DNA of 64,000 nucleotides from Nitrososphaerota archaeon (GTDB taxonomy: Archaea > Thermoproteota > Nitrososphaeria_A > Caldarchaeales > Calditenuaceae): contig JBEPYO010000001.1 in the NCBI GenBank assembly GCA_041641295.1, positions 1,056,001-1,120,000 of the forward strand. The letters are read 5' to 3'. Numbering within the stretch: position 1 is the stretch's first letter; the number at the start of each line of letters is the position of its first letter. The notes beneath the pieces are model-generated. The model made no database searches, had not been told where the DNA came from, and saw only the letters and a program-made list of their open reading frames with translations. Made by a program: the position numbers and the translations under genes. Of the stretch, positions 10,995-22,004 are shown in pieces.

Positions 10995-12127
10995 AGCGGC
11001 TGCTCCACGTACCTCACACGGGCCGTCTTAAACGCCGGATACAAGCATCCAAGAACCGACGAAGCAAGCGCGAGAAATACTATCTGAAGCGCCTGCCTAG
11101 GCTCCATAAATGGACTAAGCTCTATTCCTCGATGTATCCATCTAAGGATTGTTGAGACTACTTGGGCTCCGGCTGTGCCTAGGGCTATTCCCAGGATTGA
11201 GCCCAGGAGGGCTGTTGCCATGGTGTAGGCTAAGACTGTTGTATAGATGTGGTGTTTTCTGGCTCCCAAGGCCCTCAGCATGGCTAGCTCGTAGCTTGAC
11301 TCTGTTATGAGCTTCATGACGGCTATGTGGGAGGCTGCGGCGACCGCGGCGTAGACGGCTAGGGACCACACGTTCAGGAAGACCAGGGTTTGGGTATTCA
11401 TTTGCTGTGTGAACTCTCTCAGCTGTTGGGGCTGGACCAGCTTGACGTTCTCTGGCAGTAGCTTCGTGATCTGGCTCAGGGCCTCATGGCTGTCCACGCC
11501 CTCTTTGAGAGATAGCTCGATCAGCGATACTGTGTGATTGTTCGCGGCGAGGATGTTTGCTGTCTCGATGGGGACTAGGAGCTCTGCGTCGCTCTGCGTC
11601 TGGCTTCTATAAACGCCAACCACTTTAACCCTGACTTGCCTGTCACCTACTGCCAAGTCTACCTCGTCTTGGAGGCCTATTGAGAGTGCCCTCGCCAATA
11701 TCTCACCTATGTTTGCCTCCGCCCAGCCTTTTGCAATCGCCCCATTCAGATAGGCCCTCCTAGTCTTAAGGAAGCTGCCGACATCTTCTACGCCTCTAAT
11801 ATAGGCTGTGTAGCTGCCTGAGCCTGTAGCTAGGTCTGCAACAAGCACCCTCTGTGGGAGTACATAGTCTATGGAGCCGAGGCCGACGAACCTGCTGGCT
11901 AGAATCCTCTCCACTTGGCTATCCGTCAGGGCCCTAGAGTCTGCGCTCAGTATCAGATAGGTCCTGCCCAGATTTACAAGTTCTCCAATGACCTGGGTTT
12001 GATAGCTTATGGAATTGTATATGGAGTTCGTGGACGCTGGGATGGCTATGAGAAGTGCTACGGCTGAGATGAAAGCTGCTGTTCCTCCCCTCCGGAATAG
12101 CATTTTACAGCCTAGGACGAGCGCCAA
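10991..12127 (-). CDS. ABC permease, FtsX/MacB family
   Basis: ELAMLRALGA motif; same architecture as the neighbouring permease. Confidence 0.88.
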   Translation of the reverse strand: MALVLGCKMLFRRGGTAAFISAVALLIAIPASTNSIYNSISYQTQVIGELVNLGRTYLILSADSRALTDSQVERILASRFVGLGSIDYVLPQRVLVADLATGSGSYTAYIRGVEDVGSFLKTRRAYLNGAIAKGWAEANIGEILARALSIGLQDEVDLAVGDRQVRVKVVGVYRSQTQSDAELLVPIETANILAANNHTVSLIELSLKEGVDSHEALSQITKLLPENVKLVQPQQLREFTQQMNTQTLVFLNVWSLAVYAAVAAASHIAVMKLITESSYELAMLRALGARKHHIYTTVLAYTMATALLGSILGIALGTAGAQVVSTILRWIHRGIELSPFMEPRQALQIVFLALASSVLGCLYPAFKTARVRYVEQPL

Positions 12128-12152
12128 CTCTCAAAACAAAATAATGAATGGG

Positions 12153-12440
12153 CTACTCTTTCCCTTCCTCCTTCCTCATTTCCTCCTCCATCTTCTTCAT
12201 CTCCTCTTCGATCTCTTTCTCGATATCCTCAATAGGCTTCGGTGGAGGTGTTGTCGCAAGTGTGTAGCCTATCCAGCCCAGAATCCCGAATACGCCCGCT
12301 ATCGCTACGGCCCCTGTCAACTTGAGTAAGAGTAAGTCTACGCCTGTTATCGGTGGGAAGAAGACGAGCCAGATGTAGGCTATTACTATTGCGGCCGAGA
12401 CAAGCAGTAGGGCCGCACCTATTACTCTGTCCCTGCTCAT
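12153..12440 (-). CDS. Small 2-TM protein with charged coiled tail; DPM2-like N-terminus
   Basis: DRVIGAALLLVSAAIVIAYIWLVFFP, second TM, TTPPPKP then EK-rich tail. Confidence 0.75.
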   Translation of the reverse strand: MSRDRVIGAALLLVSAAIVIAYIWLVFFPPITGVDLLLLKLTGAVAIAGVFGILGWIGYTLATTPPPKPIEDIEKEIEEEMKKMEEEMRKEEGKE

Positions 12441-12782
12441 TAGTATAGCATGGGTTTAAAACCGAATATAAGCCTTATTAGATAGACGGCTTGTTTGTGA
12501 GCTTCTTAACGGTCTTTTCAATTGTCGTAGCCGTCCACCGAGGCTTTTACGCATTCCTCGGCGGACCTATAGAGCTCCTCAAGTGATCTGGTAGCATCAC
12601 CCCCTTGCTGGGTAGTCATCAGTCTCACTGAGCAAATGATCGATAAGCTTCATCTTTCTGGAGGCAGGTGTGGATGGACGGACAGGTTTCCGCACTCCCA
12701 TACGAGTCTTCATGCTAATTATTGTTAAGCACGTGGCTCCTTAGAGTGAGTCTCGAGAACTGCTTCTCTATAGCTCTCCACT

Positions 12783-14378
12783 TCAACTCGTTAAGGATAG
12801 AATGCGCTTTTCGAAGGATAGGGCTATCTTTGATAGCTTGGATATTGGCTTAATGTCCTCTGTGATTAGATTTAGGTTGTTTATGTCCTCGGGCTTTATA
12901 GCGCCTATAAGCGGGGCCAGAATCAAGTAAGCTAGGAGGAAGGTTGCTGCGGAGAGCATGAGTTTGACTAGGTGTGATGAAGGAAGATACGAGGCTATGG
13001 CAAGTATTGGCGTCGAGGATATGAGGCCTGCCGCGCAGATCCGCACGATGCCGTCTAAGTTGAATTTTAGGCCGTATTTGCTGTGGGCTGTCAGCGCCAG
13101 ATAGGCTAGAGGCGGCGCACCTGAGATTATCAGCGCGGCTATGAAGCCGGGGACCCTGTAAAGCCACGTCAGGACGGGCGTCAGCAGGAGTACGGCTGGA
13201 AGCTGGATCAATGTCGCTTTGAGCGATATGTCTGTCCTCCCTATGCCGTTGAAGAAGCTTCCCAAAACCAGTGAGAATCCGGTGTATATGAATGTGGTCG
13301 AGTACAGCGTCAGGTATAGAGGCGCCTCAACGTAGCTTGAGCCGTAAAAGACCGAGACGAGCTCCCTAGAGCTGACGGCTATGAATATGGATGCCGGGAT
13401 GACGAGGAGAAGAGTGTACTTCAACGTGTTTGTGAAGAGGCTTTGCAAGTCGCGCGTCTCGCTATCAGGGTCAAGCTTCGAGAATGCTGGGAAGAGGGCC
13501 GTCGATATAGGAGTTGTGAGAATGGCGATTGCGGCTGAGAACACTGTGGCTACATAGTAGTTTCCTATTTCCATGTTTGACGTGAACCATGCGAGGTTTA
13601 GGGACTGATACTGGCCCAGCAGGCTGGCTATCAAGGCTGACGCGTAGAGGGGTATGCCGTATCTGATCATTGGGGTTAGGCTCTGGATGATGCCTTGGTC
13701 TTCGTTTAAGCTGAATCTTGGAAGCTTAGACATCCTCGCGATCATTATAGCTCCAACCACACCTGCAACCACATAGCCTAGGACATGGCCTGCAAGCGCT
13801 CCGAAGACGCTGAGCCCCACTACTATGAGGATAGGGGCCGATACTGCCTTAACAGATGCTTGAATAACTGAGAGTAACGCCGTCTTATCCATTTTATCCA
13901 AGCCATTGAAGACACTGCTCGCTGTACCAACGAGCATGCCTCCAACTATTACTATGGAGGCCAGGCGGATAAGGGAGCCTGCTTCCGGCCTCTTAAGGAG
14001 ATGAGTTGCAAACTCATCAGCAAACAGAAACGTCAATAGAAACATTAGGAATGACATTGCAAGTCGGAAGAGGAGACCTGCCCCTACAAAGCTTCCAATG
14101 GACCCGCTTTTACCCACAGATCTGAGCTTGGCTGTGAACCTCACGAGGGCCGAGTCCACACCGAAATCCGTAAATAGGAGCATTAGGGACGGCGCTATAA
14201 GCGCTACCGAATAAAGCCCGTAGTTTGATGGTCCAAGCAGCCTAGCTACAATTATTGAAGCTATTGCGAGGATCGCTGTTGACGAGGTGTTTCCCACGAA
14301 TATGTGGAGGCTTCCCCTAGCCGCCTCCTTCGCAACCCTCGCAACCTTCGGTAATTCTGGGTTTTGCCCTCCCGGCAT
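12783..14378 (-). CDS. Oligosaccharide flippase (Wzx/MOP family)
   Basis: ARLLGPSNYGLYS, DFGVDSALVRF, ~14 TMs, ALFPAFS. Confidence 0.92.
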   Translation of the reverse strand: MPGGQNPELPKVARVAKEAARGSLHIFVGNTSSTAILAIASIIVARLLGPSNYGLYSVALIAPSLMLLFTDFGVDSALVRFTAKLRSVGKSGSIGSFVGAGLLFRLAMSFLMFLLTFLFADEFATHLLKRPEAGSLIRLASIVIVGGMLVGTASSVFNGLDKMDKTALLSVIQASVKAVSAPILIVVGLSVFGALAGHVLGYVVAGVVGAIMIARMSKLPRFSLNEDQGIIQSLTPMIRYGIPLYASALIASLLGQYQSLNLAWFTSNMEIGNYYVATVFSAAIAILTTPISTALFPAFSKLDPDSETRDLQSLFTNTLKYTLLLVIPASIFIAVSSRELVSVFYGSSYVEAPLYLTLYSTTFIYTGFSLVLGSFFNGIGRTDISLKATLIQLPAVLLLTPVLTWLYRVPGFIAALIISGAPPLAYLALTAHSKYGLKFNLDGIVRICAAGLISSTPILAIASYLPSSHLVKLMLSAATFLLAYLILAPLIGAIKPEDINNLNLITEDIKPISKLSKIALSFEKRILSLTS

Positions 14379-14512
14379 AGCAGACTACCAGCTTTAGGCT
14401 GCGCGCCGATATGAACTCTTCATTTGGAGAATGAGCTACGACTAAGAGTAGGCTCAGAGATCAGGGAAATAGACAGATAACTGTTCTGCGCTCAAACGCT
14501 TCGTCTAAGCCT

Positions 14513-16492
14513 CTACAAACCCTTACTATCGGTGACATTTTTGCCGCCGACCACCTTCAAGTAGAAGACCGAGAAAAACTGGTTGCTGTATACCTCCTTG
14601 ACTGTGGCCTTTAGGCTTGGCGCTGAGCTTGAGAGGAAGGCTTGCAGGTTCTCGTCGAACTTCTTAAGCGGTGTGAACGCGAGTAGCACGTAAGCGCTCG
14701 ACTTGTTGCGTGTGGTGATCACCTGCAATATGTCATGTGGTGTCGGCGTACTAAGAACGAATGCTAATTCAGATGTGCTGGGATTCCTTAGCTCGAGATG
14801 CACGAATCTACCCCAGCTCAGCCCGGTAATTAGCGGGGATTCCTTCAAGTCTAGACCTTGGACGAACTCTGCGGCCTCGAGGGCGCTATCGAAGACCGCT
14901 GCATAGGGTGGTGAGGGAACCATTCCATAAGGGATTCTGTAGAGGGGTGAGAACAGGAGCTGGTTGTAGTAGTGGTAGGAGGGGTGCATTGTGGCGTAGA
15001 AGCCAGGTGCTATGAGGAGAGCCACTGTGAGGACCGCGAGCTGCTTGCGCTTGATCTCTCCTAGCTGAGGTAGTGCTATTGGGAGCGCCAGCACCGCCGC
15101 AGTCATTAGGATCCTGTCCCACTCAGCAGGTGCTACATATGGCGCGAGCCACGGGAGAACGGATAGGAACAGTAGCACGGCAACCATGTAGACTGTGTAT
15201 CTAACCCTGCCCGCATATCTGTCAAACCCCATCGCGAGCAGAGGTGCGAGCGGTCCAAACGTGATAAACACGTAAGCAAATGTTCCAGACTCCCACCCAG
15301 TCCCTCCGCCAACAGCTGGCGGGGATACCCCTACCACGGGATGCTCGGCTACTGGTTTTCCAACATACCACGTTATCAACGCGTACGAGACAGACGCCAA
15401 TAGGAGGTACAGCACTGCCACCGGCAGTTTTTTCTCCCTGACGATCACGTAGGCGGATAGGATTATTGTAAAGGCCGCTCCAAGCTCCGATGCCAGGGAG
15501 GATAAAAAGAGGAGAACTGCGGCTACCACGTGCTTCCTAGAGTTAGCGCCCGCCTCCAAGACTATTAGCGCGCATAGGAGTAGGATCGTCGCCAAGAACT
15601 GCTTGTGGAGGTCCCACGCCATCCTGAGCAGGAGGATGCTGAAGGGTGCTACAAGGGCTACTAGGAGGGAGCGCCTAGTGCTGATGCCTAGAACTCTTAT
15701 CGAGAAGGTTGTCATCAACATCGCGAGGAGGCCGTAGGCAACCGGTGGATAGAGCTTGAATATGTACCAAGGGTCTACCAGTAAAGCGAGCGGGTAGAGG
15801 AACCAGTCAATCAGCGGGGGGATGTTTCTGGGCCCTCCCATCCAGTAATAAGACCCGAAGATAGACGGCCTATCTACAAAGTCCCTCAGATGGGCTACGT
15901 ACTCGACCGTGTCGTACCCGATCGGTCGAGGCCACCAGTAGACCTCCGGCAGAAGTCTCACAGTGAAGCCTAGAAGAAAGGCTATAATCTCGCTGCGGTC
16001 GAGAACCGCGCCAGCGCGGAGTGAGAGCGAGCGACAGAGCTCCCCGAGGGTGATCCCCTTCGAGAAGACGTAGGGTCCTCCATGGAGCCTGTTAACGAGC
16101 ATCGAGCCCACGCCGAGAACGCCCGCCGAGAACATAGTGGGATAGACGTATACCAGCACCTGAGGACCAGCCACTCCGCAGCCAATACACAGGTAGCCCG
16201 GCTCGATCAACAACGCACTATGAACAAGCGAGGCCGCACGGACGAAGGAAACTAGCACGAATCCCATGACCTCTAAGAGCAGGGTCGAGTACAAGCTAGC
16301 CCCGCTGTACTCCCTGAGGTCATAATACATTGCAGCCAGAAGAAGAATCGTAGAAGACCAGAAGGTGTAGTCCACTCTTACGAAGAAGTAGAAGTCAGCG
16401 CTCCCAGAGGTGATGAGTGGTAAAGTCAGTACGGCTAAGCCTAGTAAACCGAGGAGCAGCCTATGCCTACTCACGATTCCACTATCGTCCAA
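14513..16492 (-). CDS. Polytopic membrane protein, GT-C-like
   Basis: PIGYDTVEY loop, LRMAWDLHKQ motif, many TMs. Confidence 0.6.
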   Translation of the reverse strand: MDDSGIVSRHRLLLGLLGLAVLTLPLITSGSADFYFFVRVDYTFWSSTILLLAAMYYDLREYSGASLYSTLLLEVMGFVLVSFVRAASLVHSALLIEPGYLCIGCGVAGPQVLVYVYPTMFSAGVLGVGSMLVNRLHGGPYVFSKGITLGELCRSLSLRAGAVLDRSEIIAFLLGFTVRLLPEVYWWPRPIGYDTVEYVAHLRDFVDRPSIFGSYYWMGGPRNIPPLIDWFLYPLALLVDPWYIFKLYPPVAYGLLAMLMTTFSIRVLGISTRRSLLVALVAPFSILLLRMAWDLHKQFLATILLLCALIVLEAGANSRKHVVAAVLLFLSSLASELGAAFTIILSAYVIVREKKLPVAVLYLLLASVSYALITWYVGKPVAEHPVVGVSPPAVGGGTGWESGTFAYVFITFGPLAPLLAMGFDRYAGRVRYTVYMVAVLLFLSVLPWLAPYVAPAEWDRILMTAAVLALPIALPQLGEIKRKQLAVLTVALLIAPGFYATMHPSYHYYNQLLFSPLYRIPYGMVPSPPYAAVFDSALEAAEFVQGLDLKESPLITGLSWGRFVHLELRNPSTSELAFVLSTPTPHDILQVITTRNKSSAYVLLAFTPLKKFDENLQAFLSSSAPSLKATVKEVYSNQFFSVFYLKVVGGKNVTDSKGL

Positions 16493-16721
16493 CGCACTTA
16501 TGGCCGAAGAAGACTAGATACGCCGTTCTAACGGCAAAATATAGCTTCTAACATGACATAATGTAATTGATGTAGTGGTTATAAATATGTCCGCCTAGCC
16601 AGCCTCGATAACACAAATCTACCGATGCGTGACTCCCGCACCGTCTTCAATAAGATAGTGGATGTTGTTCTTGTGAAGAGTCTTCGAAGGTTTAAGTAAT
16701 ACATGAAAAAATCTGGTAACA

Positions 16722-17515
16722 TTACCCACTTCTTAAAAGTTGATCGGGATCATTTTTGATGAGTGGTGGCATTTTCTTCGATTTTATAACGCATATATAT
16801 CCGAAATATCGTAATGGTGTTCTTGAAAGGAGGGCGTTATCTAAGACCTCAAGGAGCGGAAGTAACGGTTTCAATAATCTTTTTATTAGTGGCTTGTAAC
16901 AAATGTGACCAGGAAGTATACATGCTCCTCTAGCATCTACTATTTTAAGACCAAGTCTTCGGAGCTCACTTTTTAATGTCCAATAACTTTTCCATTGATC
17001 GTATGGATGTTTCGCTTTACTTTTCCGCTCAAGGTAGATCTTCTGAGGAAAGTATAGGCTTAATACGTTAGGTGTTGACACTATGAGAACTCCATACATC
17101 CTTAGTACACGATGAAGCTCTTTAAGAGCTTCTTTCCAATCTGGAATGTGCTCTAACACCTCGCTACATACTATTTGGTTAAAAATTTCATCTCTAAATG
17201 GAAGATGTGTTAAGCTAGCTGCAATCACACAAATTCGTGACTCATGTCGCTTCAATGCTTCGAATAAGCTCCGAATAGATATATCCACTCCTACATAGAC
17301 TCCACGTGTGACGTTCATGATCATCTGCGCATCCCTCCCAACGCCGCATCCGGCATCTAGCACCATACCACTCCTAGGTTCGAGTAGATCGGCAATCTGG
17401 GACCTACGGACTCTTTGCTCGTAGCGAGAATAGGATCAACTTCAACAGCTCGACTCGAAGCAAGATCGTCAAACCATCTCGCTATCTTTTCATACAAACG
17501 GCTACTCTTGCTCAA
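16722..17515 (-). pseudogene. Class I SAM methyltransferase, apparently frameshifted near 17432
   Basis: VLDAGCGVG and SEVLEH motifs. The N-terminus (TTG right after the GT4 stop, LSKSSRLYEKIARWFD) is in a different frame from YSRYEQRVRR...MVLDAGC. Confidence 0.6.
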
Positions 17516-17516
17516 T

Positions 17517-18605
17517 TTAACTTTCTGCTAAAACACTTTCGTAGACTTTTCTATATTGGGCGGCGATGACGCCCCAGTCAAAGAGTTTAGCGTATTCTCT
17601 CGCTCTCGAAGAATAGAAATCATAGTTGTCCATAATTTGATCCACTGCTGTAGCTACTTCTCGCGGGTTCTCTCCTTGAACTAGAACACCAGCCCTAGAG
17701 TTTAAAACATGTTCTCGCATGGCATACCCGTTTCTCGCTATTACAGGCTTACCGCATGCCATACCCTCTAAAATAGGTAGACCAAAGCTGTGACAATAAT
17801 CGACTGCCAAAACTATATCCGCCGCATTATAGTATAGTGGCATTATTTCATGAGGAACCCATCCAATGAAATGTATGACGCGATCAAGTCTTAGAGCCTT
17901 AACCTTGGCTCTGTAATAAGCTAAATCTCTTCCCGTGCCGATGAATACTAAACGTGCCTCCGGGAATTTTTTAAGTATGAAAGGCATTGATGCTATATGA
18001 TAATCTATTGCTTTATGCATCTCTATCAATCCGACCTTTAACAACATCGGGTTTCCACACTTCAGCTTTAGAATCTTTTCAGGTTCACTGATAGGTCTAA
18101 ACTTTTCAGTATCAATGCCATTCGGAATTTTTACGACACTTTGACACCCAATTTGCCTTAATTCATCAACTATGTAATCGCTTATCCCTACAGTTAAATC
18201 TGCTCTAGGTGAAAAGAGTCTACAAAAATGAGCGAAAAGCGTACCTGGTATACTCGCTATTCGCGAATACTTCATAGGTACTATACCGTGATCTGTATAT
18301 ATTATCCTAGCTTTACGCTTTCTTCTCAACAATCCGGGCAAAGTATATACATCATGAGTATGAACGATGTCAAACTGATCAACTGTTTTCCCTAACATTT
18401 TCCAGAGCTCTAAAGTGGTTTTAGGTCTTAACTCTATTATCTCTACGCCTTCTTCAACTTTCCGCACAATCCTACGACAAATTAAAGTAATATCAAAGGT
18501 TTCTCTAAGCTTAATTGCCAATTGAACCGCTACTTGAGTTATACCAGCATAATTATATTCTCCAAAAAGTATAGCGAGGAAACGTTTTGGCATCTTAATT
18601 AACAC
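17517..18605 (-). CDS. GT4 glycosyltransferase
   Basis: IPNGID, SFGLPILEGMACGKPVI. Confidence 0.92.
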   Translation of the reverse strand: MLIKMPKRFLAILFGEYNYAGITQVAVQLAIKLRETFDITLICRRIVRKVEEGVEIIELRPKTTLELWKMLGKTVDQFDIVHTHDVYTLPGLLRRKRKARIIYTDHGIVPMKYSRIASIPGTLFAHFCRLFSPRADLTVGISDYIVDELRQIGCQSVVKIPNGIDTEKFRPISEPEKILKLKCGNPMLLKVGLIEMHKAIDYHIASMPFILKKFPEARLVFIGTGRDLAYYRAKVKALRLDRVIHFIGWVPHEIMPLYYNAADIVLAVDYCHSFGLPILEGMACGKPVIARNGYAMREHVLNSRAGVLVQGENPREVATAVDQIMDNYDFYSSRAREYAKLFDWGVIAAQYRKVYESVLAES

Positions 18606-20248
18606 CCTAAATTATGACAACCAAAAGCGTAATTGAATCCCGTGTAATATATTTTGTTAAATTTTATATCCATTGCAAACGTTAACTTATAGAACTCCTT
18701 TTCCCCAATTGAGCTCTGCATCTGCTTAGATAATACCACGTATTGTATACCCGCTGGATTTGTGAACCTGTATGATTCGTATTCATATGGTGTCACCAAA
18801 ATAACATTGTTCCGTTGATAAAATGGGTCTCTGAATGATATGAGCGCATTAGTATACATTGTGATTAATTTAACCGGACCTCTCTCTATGAGGAAGTCAG
18901 CCGTCGTTAATTCGCTGGTTAGAACGATCGTATCCAAACTAGTGTCATACATAATATAAGTATTGACAAGGAGGAAGATCGAACTCATAAGTAGGAGGAA
19001 TCCTTTAACCCTCTTACTGCTAGCATGAATAGCATAGGCCCCACTTAATGCTATAGGTAATGAGCCATAAAGCAAAGTCCTTTCCCATAACATGCCTCTA
19101 ACTGCTATTAAAAGGAAAGCAAAGAACAAGGCTATACCAAGCGCGTAAGAGAGTACCACCAGAAAAGACGAATCTCGCTTTCTAAACATATAATAGAACC
19201 CGTAAAGGCCCAAGCTGAAGAAGAATGAATGCTTAGCTACGGAAAGATGACTTAGCAAAAGGTTTTGTGGGGTTCCGATAGCAAGGTAGTCCGCTGCTTC
19301 CAGACCTTTAATAAAAAAGTCTAAGAAGGCCATAATAAATCCTCTTCCCATTTCTGTGACTTGATACGCTCCGTAAATATTCCACAAAAGGAATACGGCT
19401 ATAATCGTTATGATGAACAATAAATGCGGAGTCTTAGGAAAATAGCTTCGGAACCACTTCATTTTTGTGAGACTTAAGGTTAATAGAAAAAGGACAGTGA
19501 ACAAGGATGAGACTGGATGTGTGATCGTGAGCGCCGCGAATAAAAGGACACATAGTAATATACAGGGGGTGGATTTAGAGTTGTACCACCCTAGTAGCTC
19601 TCCAATAAAGTATATAACCATCAAAAAGCCCAAAGCCTGCGGCGAAAAGTGAGTTTGCAACGAATTGTTCTCAGCTATGAATATTAATGAAGTTGTCATA
19701 ACAAAGATGGTCATAGTCGCGATCTTCTTTGAAATTTTACTAAACATTCTGGCAAGCATAAAAAGTCCAATAACCATCTCGACAAGAACTATGACAGGGA
19801 AAAAATACATGAAAAATTCCCCATGTAAACCGGAAATAAACAAAAATATTGATGCGAATATGAAAGCCCCTGGCCAACTATGATATCCAAATGTTGCAGG
19901 GTCTGTATGACTTGTCCACATTATTGCATTAGCCATACCCATATGCGTAAAGCTATCGTAAATCCTAGCGTTTTCTTGTACTAGAGTTGGAGTAAAATGA
20001 ATTATGATTGTAATGAGAACAAGATACATCAAAAGCTTATTATCATCTCCCCCCATTAGTAAAGATGTTATTAGAGGCATGGTTGCAAGAGGTATCGCTA
20101 GCCAAAAGAGTGGAGGTAATATAGTAGCCGGAGATCTGTGAGGGAAAAAGACCAGAAGTTCATCAAAATTCACTCTTGCCAACACGGACGATGCTATCCA
20201 TAAACCAAGCGCTCCCATAATCATTAACAACTTTAATCTACCTAGCAT
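18599..20248 (-). CDS. Polytopic membrane protein (GT-C/Wzy-like)
   Basis: YDSFTH and YHSWPG loops, many TMs, AT-rich; lies among GT genes. Confidence 0.6.
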   Translation of the reverse strand: MLGRLKLLMIMGALGLWIASSVLARVNFDELLVFFPHRSPATILPPLFWLAIPLATMPLITSLLMGGDDNKLLMYLVLITIIIHFTPTLVQENARIYDSFTHMGMANAIMWTSHTDPATFGYHSWPGAFIFASIFLFISGLHGEFFMYFFPVIVLVEMVIGLFMLARMFSKISKKIATMTIFVMTTSLIFIAENNSLQTHFSPQALGFLMVIYFIGELLGWYNSKSTPCILLCVLLFAALTITHPVSSLFTVLFLLTLSLTKMKWFRSYFPKTPHLLFIITIIAVFLLWNIYGAYQVTEMGRGFIMAFLDFFIKGLEAADYLAIGTPQNLLLSHLSVAKHSFFFSLGLYGFYYMFRKRDSSFLVVLSYALGIALFFAFLLIAVRGMLWERTLLYGSLPIALSGAYAIHASSKRVKGFLLLMSSIFLLVNTYIMYDTSLDTIVLTSELTTADFLIERGPVKLITMYTNALISFRDPFYQRNNVILVTPYEYESYRFTNPAGIQYVVLSKQMQSSIGEKEFYKLTFAMDIKFNKIYYTGFNYAFGCHNLGC

Positions 20249-20390
20249 ACTCGGACGGATGAGTGGGAATGCTACTTTACCCTCTCTTATTCTCGTGTCG
20301 CGATGGTCTTATCTGGCAATCTCTGTACTATACTTTGTTACGCTCTTGCAGTCTCCATCCCAAAGCTCGCCCAAGTTACTCTTTGATCCT

Positions 20391-21587
20391 TCAAACACGT
20401 GACTTAGTGGCCTCTATAAGTAGTTTTAATAGTATACACACATAACGTTTCAAGTCGAGCTCCTTTACGGCTCTTTCATAAGCTTTCTTTTCCAAGTACC
20501 TATACTCCTCGAGGTTACTCAACACATGGCATAACTTTTCTGCCAGCGCGTGTGGATCATTGGGCTTAATAAGTACAGCGGCGTCTCCTACAATAGTCGG
20601 GATTCCCCCTGCATACGTTGCCACCAGTACAGAGCCAGAGGCTAAAGCCTCAATAGCTACGTTAGGTGATCTATCGCTGCTAGCATACTCCAAGAACCTT
20701 GAAGGGAGTACCACTACGTCGCTAGCTCTATAGAGGAGCGGAATATCTTCGTGCCTCAAGTAGCTGTACAATGCAACCATACCTCTTGCCACATACCTTG
20801 CTAGCTTCTTTTTGTACGTATTCTTCAGTTCAACCTTATCATGTAGAAGTCTCGATATAGGTAAGAGAAAGACTACATTCACTTCATTGCAAATTTCTTG
20901 TATAATTTCGATCGCATCCAGAAGTACATCCGCACCCTTGCAGTATGAAAGCTCCTCTATAAACACGCACCATTTCTTATTTAAGAGGCCCTCCCATAGA
21001 CCCAAGACTTTCAGCATATTTTTCTTAGCATGTTCTCTTGGCATGGAGATAAGCCTGCTAAACCTCTTTATATTTACGCCATGTACAAGAACTACCGGCG
21101 GCGTTTTACGCCTGATGTTTAATATTTCAAGTACATATCTTTTAGAAGCGAATGACTCACATACTAAAACATGGGAGTGATTGTAGACTAGTTTTATAAC
21201 GCCTATCTTTATTCTCTGAAGCAGTCTTAAGAAAGAATTGTTGAGACGAGTTATATTATTCTCTTCAACTACAACTAGAGTCTTCGCTCCTAATAGTCTT
21301 GAGACGAAGTAGATAATCAATCCAGCCATGCCTTCTATCCCAAATATTATAACAGCGTGAGGTCTATAGCGTATATACCTAATTAATTCGAGCAATCCTA
21401 TGGCCTTGTGGCTAGCTATAGTTACAGGGATAGGCTTTAATACCTCCGCTTGCTTCAACAAATCTTTGAAAGGGTAGTTACCATATACCTCACAAGTAAA
21501 CAGCTTTGCCTCAACCATGTCATTTATAATTGTCAGCATATCCGCGTGAAACGGGTAAATGAAGGGTGTAAATATCGCTATTCTCAA
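20391..21587 (-). CDS. GT4 glycosyltransferase
   Basis: HGVN, KGADVL, SDVVVLPS, IEALASG. Confidence 0.88.
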   Translation of the reverse strand: MRIAIFTPFIYPFHADMLTIINDMVEAKLFTCEVYGNYPFKDLLKQAEVLKPIPVTIASHKAIGLLELIRYIRYRPHAVIIFGIEGMAGLIIYFVSRLLGAKTLVVVEENNITRLNNSFLRLLQRIKIGVIKLVYNHSHVLVCESFASKRYVLEILNIRRKTPPVVLVHGVNIKRFSRLISMPREHAKKNMLKVLGLWEGLLNKKWCVFIEELSYCKGADVLLDAIEIIQEICNEVNVVFLLPISRLLHDKVELKNTYKKKLARYVARGMVALYSYLRHEDIPLLYRASDVVVLPSRFLEYASSDRSPNVAIEALASGSVLVATYAGGIPTIVGDAAVLIKPNDPHALAEKLCHVLSNLEEYRYLEKKAYERAVKELDLKRYVCILLKLLIEATKSRV

Positions 21588-22004
21588 CGTCTTACAGCGC
21601 TATCAAATTTCTACTTAAGTTTTTTCTGATGTGTCTTGGACAAATTTGTTTTTGTTGGTTTATGCATATCTTTTGAGGAAAGAATCATAGTGTAGAATAT
21701 CTCAGGCTTTTAACATATGATCTTATAACGTGTTTAACCCTCGTATTTCCGCACTTCCTTTGAGACGGATCTAACATTCACTCGCTCTACGAGGATTTCC
21801 AGTATGATTTTAAACGCTCCGGAAGGCGTATCGAAAAGGAGGCCTTTTAGCCAGTGTGAGATCTATAGGTTAATAGCCTAGATATTGCTCGTAACCATCG
21901 CCAAATTTACATCCTAGTATGTCTTGCAAACTCGCTAGCGGATGTATATCCGCAAAGTCTGTGTCGCCGGTTACAGAGGCGATGCGTGCGCGAATCATTT
22001 TTCA

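Noticed and set aside
21590-22004. Gene in the gap between GT4 genes
   Set aside because: Only short interrupted frames; possibly a decayed gene, but unidentifiable.
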